A stretch of DNA of 64,000 bases from positions 1,116,001 to 1,180,000 of the forward strand of contig OX337230.1 of NCBI GenBank assembly GCA_946965045.2. Direction: 5' to 3'. This document shows positions 9,613 to 19,200 of the stretch, piece after piece. This DNA is from Epithemia pelagica (Eukaryota > Protista > Bacillariophyta). Below the pieces are notes generated by a model. It ran no database searches. It saw only the letters and a program-made list of their open reading frames with translations, and was not told where the DNA came from. Position numbers and translations under genes: made by a program. Within the stretch, counting starts at the first letter, position 1; each line of letters opens with the position of its first letter.

Positions 9613-9915
9613 TGCTCTACCGTTTAGCTCTGATCTGTCGTTTAGCTCTGATCTGCCTTTTTTCTCCGATCTGCCTTTTTTCTCCGATCTGCCGTTTAGC
9701 TCCGATCTGCCGTTTAGCGCCTTTCTGCCGTTTAGCGCCTTTCTGCCGTTTAGCGCCTTTCTTCCGTTTATCGCCTCCTAGTACAAAATCCTACGTGTTT
9801 TCTCGTAGATCCTTCCGTTTTTCGCCTTTCTTCCGCTTTTCGCCTTTCTTCCGTTTAGCTCCGATCTGCCGTTTAGCTCCGATCTGCCGTTTAGCTCCGA
9901 TCTGCCGTTTTGAGT
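9613..9915. repeat. 18-bp-unit minisatellite inside the Harbinger-like element
   Basis: Tandem variants of CCGTTTAGCTCCGATCTG / CCGTTTAGCGCCTTTCTG in two blocks, separated by a non-repetitive spacer around 9775-9815. Confidence 0.9.
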
Positions 9916-10323
9916 TTTCAGCTTATCTTCATTATTTGGTTAGCTTCATCGTAACTAATCCTATGTTGTGTGTGTGTCGTTTGTCTCCATCATTTTTTCA
10001 TTTATCAGTTCTTGGATCCATTGTTCCATTGTGGTTTGTTGTGTCACGTAGCACACACATAGGGCTGAGGATGCACACCGATCACCGATCCATACAATTG
10101 CCTACATAGATAAAGAATAACATTGCCCTACATCAATGAACATGGATCACATATGCCATGGGACACTAGTCTTCAAGTAGACCCGATCCATCGTGTCCGA
10201 TCAAAGTCATGTGTTTCGTCTCCCCATGTGTGATCTGTCACACATCAAGTTGTTCTTGTAGAAAACAACAAGTCTCAAATCTCTCTGATAAACCGGAAAA
10301 CATGCCATAAAACCACAAAACTG

Positions 10324-11396
10324 ATGTCGGACACCGGTAAATGGGGCAAGGACAACGACGCCAAGCTTCAAGTGTTGTTCAGCAAGCCTGTGTCTAAAGG
10401 TGGGGTCTCGACCACAAATTTAGACCAAAAGGCTATTGAACAAGTCCGCCAGCAGCACTTTCCGGAGCGAAAGTACCGTAACTTTGCTCCCCTCTTCCGA
10501 AAGAAGGCACGACAGTGGAACGTGGATCAGACGTTGAGTGGTAGTCGGAAGCCTCAAGGTAAGTACCACGGATGTGAGTGTTTCAACTACTGCATGTCTA
10601 ACTCATTTGTGTTGTACTAGAAGAGGACACCGGCGCTGCTGAACAAGAGGAGGACGACGAAGCAGAGGTGGACGGCAGTGACAACGGTGAAGAAGTCAGT
10701 GAGGACGAGAACGAAGACAAACAAGTGGACGGTATTACAGAGCTACTGGGAAAGATGAGTGTCGGTAAGGCCCCCACCAAGAAGCCTTTTTCCATGGATG
10801 TGGCGTTTCCCTACTTCCTCTACGAGTATGAAGAAGCCGACGAAAAACACTGCAGTGTTGACTTTTTGGTCTATGGCCTGCCAAACAGTGCCTACCGCCC
10901 CAAGGTCAGTCCCGGTGGTCAAGAGCTTCAACTCGGAGTTATAGTTCCTCCATTCTTTGTGAGCGATGACCGTCTATTTGTTGCGAATGACGAGATCAAC
11001 GGAAACACCCACAAGGCCACTGCCTACAAGATGGCAGTCGACAGCATCAAGAAAAAACACGGAGATGGCTCCGTGGAACAACGTCTGATGGGCAACCCGC
11101 AGAGTGTGAAGCTTCCATTTCCAGTTGAGGAACAAATTTCTCTCTGGGAAGTCCAAGCCTTTGGAAACAACGACACTGACTTTCATCTTGGTGGAGTGCA
11201 GCAGATGGTCTTCATCCTTGCCGTCGATCTTGTTGCTACGGAGAAGCGTTACAAAAAGAAAGAGGGTGGGATCCGCGTGTTTACCACCCCAACTACCCGA
11301 CGCCGCAACAACAACAACAACAATAACCGCAGGGGCAATGATGATGACGACTATGACTATGATGACGACGATGCCACCCATATGGTTCAGGACTGA
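10324..11396 (+). CDS. Harbinger accessory protein (ORF2), ~336 aa; basic helical N-terminus, acidic linker, putative alpha-crystallin/HSP20-like C-terminal domain; exons 10324-10558 and 10621-11396
   Basis: A GTAAGT...TACTAG intron at 10559-10620 joins the two ORFs in frame. Position is that of Harbinger ORF2. The C-terminal beta-strand pattern resembles HSP20 (by eye). Confidence 0.75.
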
Positions 11397-11627
11397 ATCT
11401 CATTCGAAGAACAACAACGACCACTATGGCCTGACGGTGCTTTCAGTTATGATCTTGACAGTAAATATTACTCCTAGTTAGTTCTCCAGTATTTCACTAC
11501 CTTCTATTTCACTTGCTAGGAGTGTCCGTGGCCGACGTTGCTAACATCAGGCGCAAAAGGCAATTTCGCGATGTTCCTATTACTGTGTGATAATCAAGAA
11601 TGTTATAGTGTGACGATACTCTGAGTA

Positions 11628-13162
11628 CGGACTCCGGGGGACAAAAAATTCCCCCACGATATCCCGTGTTTCACGTTGGTGAGACTTCCGGCCCTACGAG
11701 ATTCATGACTCCATTCATTTTCTCGAAGTAAAATGAATTGCCCCTCATCATCCACAAGACGTTCACGCATCTCGCAGTCGTAACTCGCACCGATGAACCT
11801 TTCACCATGACGAGGCGCTTACCCTTCCTGTGCGAGTAATAAACAACAATCATACAAGTGCAAAATATACAACCCACTTATTAATTGTAAGCCTATATTA
11901 TGTAGTCACCACCACTGCTGCTTGTTGTCATTGGTGTAGGTGATGGTTTCACTTGGAGTTGGTTGTTGCGTTTGTTGTCGTTGTCGCGGCACAGGATTGT
12001 CTCGTTCGGCCGAAACAAGGCGATGATCGTAGTGTTTGTTGTAGAACCGTAGAACTGAAAGAACCAGAGATAAAGAGAAGTTGATTGTTGCTTTTGGTGC
12101 CATTGTCATTGTCGTGGCCCCGGATTGTTTTGTTCGGCCGAAACGATGAGTTGATTGTTGTGATGACATGCATGCTACGCGAGGCCAAAACCAGTTGGTT
12201 GTGTAGTTGGTGGTATCTGTTGTCATGTTTGTGGGTGTCGTATCATCATCACCATCCGATGGCTCGGTCGTTGTGGCTGTTGGTTTTGTCGTCAAGATCC
12301 TCCCGCTTTTGATTGTTGCATTGGATCCTGTTGTTGTCGTTGTGGCCAAAACAAGGAGTGGATTGTTGCATTTAGGTTTTGTTGGAGGTCTAGAGTAGTT
12401 GATTGGTGCATTGGTGCCATTGTCTTGTACCATCCAATGGATTGGTCGTGGTGGATGTTGGTTTTGTGGTCGTGGGCTTCACGTCGTTGGGAAACAAGGG
12501 TTCACTTCGCGTCCAACTCGTCGTGTGGTGCCACAAATCAGTCGCTGTCTTTGTTGTGGCTAAGGTTGTTGCGGTTGTTGCGGTTGTTGCAGCCTTGATG
12601 ATGGAGTCGACCCTTCACTTCCACAAGGTGGCCGGTTGTTGTTGAGTTCTTGTGGTCTCGCAACATTGAAAGACGGTCTGTTGTTGGTGTTGTCGTTGTT
12701 GCGGCCGACTGTTTTGTTCAGACGAGAATCCTCCAGTTGGTGTCCTTGCCGCTGCTCTCCCACGACTCATCCATCCATTTAGAAGCTTCCATTGCCATCC
12801 CTCATTGCAATCTTTGTTCATTACGTCATTCTCCGACTCCAATCTTGGTAGTCTTGTTGCTTCCTTCCCACCAGGATTCGGAAGACTTCAAAACCTTGCC
12901 TTCGGTCCACCAAAATGGCCAACCCATCGCCGCCCGTTCATTCCGTCACAGTACACTTGATTCTGAGGACTCCGTGGTGGTCGGAGGAGTGCTAGCACCT
13001 TTAGTTGGAGGTGCACACCGGCTTGAGTTTGCCATGTTGGTGTCATGCAGTGTATCATGACCGTGGTTTCCTAAACCACCGGCCCGGATAACTATATACA
13101 ATAGAGTACAAGTATGAAAAGCACGGCTCACTGTGGGGGAATTTTTCGGCCCCCGGAGTCCG
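11628..13162. mobile_element. Non-autonomous TIR element (1535 bp), Tc1/mariner-like ends
   Basis: 30-bp TIRs CGGACTCCGGGGG(A/C)C(A/G)AAAAATTCCCCCAC, 28/30 identical (11628-11657, 13133-13162), flanked by TA on both sides. Interior is low-complexity with no transposase motif. Confidence 0.8.
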
Positions 13163-13348
13163 TAGTAGAAGGATTACCTACGTTTTGAGTCCATTACCGG
13201 AAGTTGCAGCGTGCACAGCGGCACTGTGTTCGTCCTTTGATGCAGGGGGTGTCGTTCACAGATGGAACTAAGTGTCCCCTGAAGAAAAGCCACCAGAGAC
13301 GGAACTTGGTTTTTTGGGCTGCATTGTATACGACGACCATTTGCCAGG

Positions 13349-14449
13349 ATGAGCAACCCACTACTACAGTACAAGCAACACGTCTTTGATTCCAATACGA
13401 GCTACCGCCGCTCTCTTTCTGCTGATGAAGTCCTACGTCGATGCAATGGCGAGTTCTTTGCTACATTGGAGAGCTTGTGTGAAACGGAGGACATGCGCCT
13501 GACGTCGTCGCCATTGCCGTTTTGCAACGTGCGAAGAGACCAGCAGCAGGGCCTGCGCATCTATCCTCGGTCGGCAAATCGAGAGTACATTGACAACTTG
13601 TCCGAAGCAGGAGCAACTGCTTCCTCCGATTTCACCAATACGCTACAGCTCAACTCATCCATTGATTTTCTGTACAATCTCGAAACAGAAAAGGCCCATC
13701 TCATGTGCAATGCAAAACTCTGCCATGATGCATACGTTCGGTTTGTACAGGCCGTGACAGGAGTATTCATCAATGACTTTGATAAGAGAAGAAAACTCCT
13801 CAATGGCATGAAGATGAGAACTCGACGAATGACTGACACTGGTGTGAAGCATAGTAAGTTTAACAAACTGTACCTGAAGATGCAGAGGAATTACCTAGAT
13901 TCAACGCCTCCTGCTTTGATTGTCCTTCCAATCATGTCACTGGAAGCTATTAAAGGGTGGAATGGCACCCGCCCCTATGACGCATTGGTGCTGCCCTGTG
14001 GAGAGAGAGGTCCAATCGCTGCAGCGGATGTGCTCCAGAATGCACGAGGATCTTGTTCCGAGCGGGAGTTGAAGACGGCATTATCGGTTCTGGAAACCTT
14101 TCTCAAAGATATCGCAGAGTCACTAATCGATACTGAGAATGACGTGTTGGCTGACTTTAACGTTGCTGCGAGCTACACAACGGATCCTTCGGTTGTTCGC
14201 TGGAAGAAGCTTGTGCAAGAGTTGAGAAGCGCTGCTCATCCAACAATCCAAGTTCCCAAACTCAGAGGAGGCATCAACTTTCAAACGACAAAGATTGCCA
14301 AAGGAAGACTCGATGTCCACACCTCGTGCTTGCCAGACCCACACCTGCTCGCTTTAAAGGGAGCAATAAATTTCTCATCATACCAAGGAACAAAGCTGAT
14401 GCCTACCTGTCCGGTTCCATATGAAGGTGACACGTCAGACAGTGATTAG
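13349..14449 (+). CDS. Uncharacterised 366-aa protein, possibly a degenerate HNH_2/Crinkler-type nuclease fold
   Basis: Long clean ORF with AHL(MC), KHSKFNKLYLKMQRNYLD and PDPHLLALKGAIN motifs, reminiscent of the AH...N.L.L....H..FD pattern. The true start is uncertain. Confidence 0.55.
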   Translation: MSNPLLQYKQHVFDSNTSYRRSLSADEVLRRCNGEFFATLESLCETEDMRLTSSPLPFCNVRRDQQQGLRIYPRSANREYIDNLSEAGATASSDFTNTLQLNSSIDFLYNLETEKAHLMCNAKLCHDAYVRFVQAVTGVFINDFDKRRKLLNGMKMRTRRMTDTGVKHSKFNKLYLKMQRNYLDSTPPALIVLPIMSLEAIKGWNGTRPYDALVLPCGERGPIAAADVLQNARGSCSERELKTALSVLETFLKDIAESLIDTENDVLADFNVAASYTTDPSVVRWKKLVQELRSAAHPTIQVPKLRGGINFQTTKIAKGRLDVHTSCLPDPHLLALKGAINFSSYQGTKLMPTCPVPYEGDTSDSD

Positions 14450-14550
14450 TTCGATCAGATCCTCTGTTACATGCTGTCAAACCTCTTTATGGTACACCCA
14501 CAATGGGTTCATGCGAACAAGAGCAAGAAAAGGGTCCAAAGATTTGTTTC

Positions 14551-16260
14551 TCACCAGATACCACCCTCATCGCAGCTGAGAAGTGGGTCACTCGGATGAT
14601 CTTGCGCTTGATGCAGTCGTAGTACGGGTTTGTTTCCCAAAATACGAGCTTGTCGGTGGGCGAGTTGACGACGTCCTTCACATGCCGGGTCGTTGGCCAT
14701 GGCCCCAGTGTTTGGTGTTCTCTTGGGAGAACAAGTGCCATTGTGTTTGTCCACGAGGTAAAAGACAGCAAGGACTGAGTCTTGTAGTTGAGATTCGGGC
14801 AAGGCCAGAATAATTTCATTCCAGTAATAATCCACCGTATAATGGGTTTGTGGCTCTTTGTATTGCGTCTTTGGGTTCCGTTTGCGATCAGCTCGTTCAT
14901 TTCTGTTTTGATGATGTTGTTCTTTGTTTCTTCTTTCTTCGTTAAGGAATTGCAGCTGTGTATTCATGGCGTTTTGCCATTGTTCCGGGGACCACGAAAA
15001 ACTACCCGAGTAGAGCCAGAAATCTCCTCTTCGTCGATTTAATTCGTCGTCTGAAATGGTGCAAACACAAGATGAGGATGCATCCATGCTTCCTCTGTTA
15101 CAAGAAGAAGAATCGACTTTATCCCATCCCTTGGAAAGAACGCCCTCGTATTGGTCTCGAAAAAGAGCATAGGGAGATTGAATATCTATTTCCTGCGTCA
15201 TTGCAGCAATTCTGTTCATTGTGTGTGGAAGTGAGCCGGCTGCTCTGTTTTCTTGCTTTATCAGTCGAGCAATATCGGTTCCATTCGTCATCCCATTCCA
15301 GATGGTCTTTGACAAAGTTTTGGTTTTCCAACGCCATGTCAAGGCAGACTGTCCCTGACTCATGGCTCCATCGTCGTACATATTCTTGCTTGACGGGTGA
15401 CGTGGCACGGCCGTAATAAAGTCCATGCAATCAATCTCGGAGGCAGTAGTATTGACGCCAAAATTCACAGTTTTGTAGTGTCGAATTTCCTGCTGCAATA
15501 CTTGTTGTTCCGCGGGTGTGTAACCGGGAAATTCGGGATCCCATTCAAACGGTCCACATCCAAAATCTTGCCGTTCATTCGAAACGGCATCGGTCGGATA
15601 GAGACATTGAACACGAATTGCCTTGGGGTCCAAGATCAAACCTACATTGCTTTTGGCCGGTAACACTTGGACACCAGTCAAGTAATTGATCCACGATGCC
15701 GACAAGTGTGTGCTTCCAATCAAGACTGTACACAAGGGGAAGGGGAAGCACATGGTTAATAAAATACCATGCGTCGACAAATATGCCGCAAGTCCTGAAG
15801 AGGAGGACGACGACGACCATGAGCGAGCATCATAGGGCTCTGTATTTTTATAATTGTCAGAGAGGCGGTGGGCGAGTTCGTCGCATTTGGATCCCGCCAT
15901 GTTGTTATGATTGTGCTCGTTATTGTGTCTGGAACAAGATTGTGGGTTCTTCGTTGTCGATCCTCGATAGCTTTGACGGAAGAGACGATGCCGTGAGAAC
16001 ACAACAAAAGATGAGCAGAGAATCCAGATTCCAGGATCCAAAATCCAAAAGAAAAAAACAAAAAACCGAAATGGAATGCCGGCGTGTCCGTTGAGCACGC
16101 GGGGGGACTGTCTGTTTCCAGCGGCGACATAGAGCCCACAAATGATCGGAATGGACGTGGTCGATGCAAACAGTTTGAGAGTGAAACAACTACGACGACG
16201 ATGATACTGACCACAAATACCATCGATATCAGTAACCCGGTACCACTTGTATAAAGACAT
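14551..16260 (-). CDS. Uncharacterised protein (up to 569 aa), hydrophobic N-terminal segment, probably membrane-anchored or secreted
   Basis: Long ORF with a globular core (HLSASWIN, VGLILDP, CLYPTDA, GCGP, YWNEIILALP...VLAVFY). The 5' end is ambiguous. Confidence 0.6.
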   Translation of the reverse strand: MSLYKWYRVTDIDGICGQYHRRRSCFTLKLFASTTSIPIICGLYVAAGNRQSPRVLNGHAGIPFRFFVFFFWILDPGIWILCSSFVVFSRHRLFRQSYRGSTTKNPQSCSRHNNEHNHNNMAGSKCDELAHRLSDNYKNTEPYDARSWSSSSSSSGLAAYLSTHGILLTMCFPFPLCTVLIGSTHLSASWINYLTGVQVLPAKSNVGLILDPKAIRVQCLYPTDAVSNERQDFGCGPFEWDPEFPGYTPAEQQVLQQEIRHYKTVNFGVNTTASEIDCMDFITAVPRHPSSKNMYDDGAMSQGQSALTWRWKTKTLSKTIWNGMTNGTDIARLIKQENRAAGSLPHTMNRIAAMTQEIDIQSPYALFRDQYEGVLSKGWDKVDSSSCNRGSMDASSSCVCTISDDELNRRRGDFWLYSGSFSWSPEQWQNAMNTQLQFLNEERRNKEQHHQNRNERADRKRNPKTQYKEPQTHYTVDYYWNEIILALPESQLQDSVLAVFYLVDKHNGTCSPKRTPNTGAMANDPACEGRRQLAHRQARILGNKPVLRLHQAQDHPSDPLLSCDEGGIW

Positions 16261-19200
16261 GTTTAGAATGGTGATAATCTGAATGGAACGAACAAGAGAC
16301 TTTGACTTCTTTGAGTACTTGTAGACAGGAGCGATATTGACAAATAATATATCTCGACTCTTGATGAGTCCTTCAGATGCTGTTTGTCATCAGGTTTGAT
16401 ACAATTGATAATTCGTGACATGCATATGCCATATGTCACGGGAACAACCGCATGTATAAATCAAATCTCAAGTCCTCCACCTAGATCGATCTCGTGAAGC
16501 TCCATAGGAAGGTACGGAACATGTTCACATCGTCATTTAGCACAGAAAGAAGGTGGTTATCCCAAAACATTCAAATACATGGACAACCTGCAGCCCGAAG
16601 TCCATCAACGATTGTCTGAAATTCCCACACCAGAACTCTAGCACAAAAACTGGCAAAGGCGTCCGCAAACTGTAGATAGAGCGACCATCTGAACAAAAGA
16701 ACGCCAAAAGATGGCATTTTAGCAAGTTTGTACCTTCAAACTTTCAAGTCTCATCCTCGAATGTAGGCCACCCAATGTCACCAAACCTTCCCCCTGATAA
16801 TCATGCCAATGACTGCTTCAATAAAAAGAAATAGTCTCGAGCTACGGAACAAGACTTTGTCCAACATGCAACAAGTCCCTGTAACAATTTTTGAGTTATA
16901 GAGGTATGGTATGGTAAACCATATATCTCGACTGCGTCAACATGACCTCTTTGAGTCATGGCACAAGCTCAAGAACATGTGACTCTTTTTCAACCAACGG
17001 GAAGAACAGGGCAGGGTTCTCGACACAACTGTCGTATGGTTGTAGCGAAGCCATAGTAACCTCGCCGTAATGATCACAGCTTCAATGAACAGCCATCGAT
17101 AGCTGGCAAGAACAGCCGGACATGTTGTGCCATAAAGTCTTTGTTGGCCTTCCTCAAATAAGAACCACGACCATCCCATTTCAGAGAAACATTTCCTGTG
17201 AGTCATCGTCTCGTTTGCGGGGAAGAAAAGAGATTCTTGGTATACCTACCTTCAGCCCCGTACCCTGAGACTCCAACAAAGTTCAGAATCGCTTTCTCAG
17301 CACTGCGTCACGGGATTCCGACCCATTGACAGAGACTCTATCCTTTGAAATGGACCTTCCGTGGTCCTGATGCTTAAACGCTATTTGTATACTTCTACAT
17401 GTTCTGAATTCTGAACACAACCATCAGCACAATGAAAGGTGAAGACAATCGCAGTAACGCTTGTGCGACTGACGGTCGCATCGGGAGAATCTCCCCAAAG
17501 TGTCGGAGATTCTTGCATTTTTTGTTCTGCTGTGTATTGTTTGTCTCATTCTTTTCACGTCCGTGTCGCCCCGCCCTCACTCTTGAAGACAACCACATAG
17601 ACTTACACAACTTTCGTTTACTGTCTCATGAATGGTGAACTGTTACTTGAACACCAAAGTGTTGTCATACAAGAACAAGCAACAAGCACCGTCGCTTCCT
17701 TGTGGCCAGCGGCACGAATCTCTCAGGGTCCCTTTTAAACACAATCCTATGACGGCCAATCACCACAAATGAGCATGTTCAAGATGCTTTTCAGCACTCT
17801 TCCGTCACAAACATTAGTTATTCAGCATCAAGTAAAAGTGTCAGCATTGCTCACCTTTTCCTTCCATACCACAAAACGACACGATTCTTCTCGATACACA
17901 GTCTCACAACTAGATGTCAGACGGTCCCTGCAGCATGATCTTCAACGGCATTGCACGGACAACGCCCTCACTGTATCGATGACACAATACTGCTGAAAAA
18001 GCCGTTCTCCATCAAGCCATCACTGAGGAAAACAGATCAAGAAACAAGAGTTCTACACCTCCTAACCTCTCTCCGTCCAAAGACAAGGTCAATCGGACGC
18101 CATTGCTCTGTCCTTTACCAATCTCAAGATACAGGTTCGAGAAGGAAACAACAGACCCGACTGTCACAACCCTTCAAGCAAATCGAGAGCGTGTGGGGAA
18201 ACAAATCCAAATCAATCGGACGGGAAAATGACACCGACAATCAACAGGACAAGTCCACACAAATCGACCAAAACAGCCACAGCAAACAAACCGCTGTGAT
18301 TGCATTGGCCCCTTGTATCGCCATGCCCTTGTTGCTTGTCCCCTTTTGTAGTCTACTCTCGGATTTGGATTTGCCCAACACGCTTCGCGATTTGCTGGAT
18401 TGGTTGTCGATGCCAGTTCCTTGTCGTGTGCCACACTTGTCTCTTGCGATTCAGCCAACAGGGCGGAGGACCTTCCCTGCGACTTACATTGGCTGAAGCA
18501 GGACGAACATTTGTGAGTGCTCTGCAAATCAACGGACTGGTGTCATTCGAACAGAAAAGGCCGACAAGTGGTCGTCGTCTATGTGGTTCGGTCTCCTTGC
18601 TTACAAACTGGGCAATGACATTATTGCTTTTTTGACGAGCTGTTTAAGCAGGTGTACAACAAGCGCCAAAACAACAATGGACGATCACAAGCAGACACAC
18701 CATGCGCCACTACAGTGCGAAGCAATGAACAAGCAGGAGCAAATGTCATTCGCACCATCACAAAAGACCCCTTCCTGCTTCAATCGTCATTTTCAAAGTG
18801 CTGGTGCAAGCTAAGACTCTATCATGACGGTTCGGCATAGGTATACCTCGGGATGGTATTCACCGTGGGTGTCGATGAATCACCATTAGCGATTGTGGGG
18901 TATGTACTATGTACACGTGTTGCACCGTTGACGATATGCGCAATGAAAAGGTTGGTTTGCGCCTTGAGTAAGTTAGATATTGGGATAGCTAGCTACCTCG
19001 ATTAAAAGAGGAGCTATGTATTCCGGTGATATATGGACAAACGACTCCCAGTCACGAGTTATTTTCGATTTGGCTGATAATGCGTAACGGGTAACGGGCA
19101 ATAGTATCATCATCAAATAAGGTAGAATGCCGGTGTGTCCGTTGAGCACGCGGGGGGACTGTCTGTTTCCAGCGACGAAATACGTCGCCACGAATGATCG

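Larger units (their letters stand above)
7992..11577. mobile_element. PIF/Harbinger-like DNA transposon (3586 bp) with two divergent genes
   Basis: Perfect 65-bp TIRs (7992-8056 and 11513-11577, GGAACATCGCGAAATTGCC...). 3-bp direct repeat TAT on both flanks (7989-7991, 11578-11580). Contains a DDE_Tnp_4-type transposase and a second ORF. Confidence 0.93.

Noticed and set aside
9613-9915. CRISPR-like array
   Set aside because: The units are contiguous tandem repeats without unique spacers, the context is eukaryotic, and no cas genes are present. The same applies to the 59-bp duplication at 60077.
9283-10109. ORFs at 9533-9781, 9612-10109 and 9283-9510 as a third transposon gene
   Set aside because: The first two are translations of the minisatellite, and the minus-strand frames hit stops near 9780. 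No splice model could be built.
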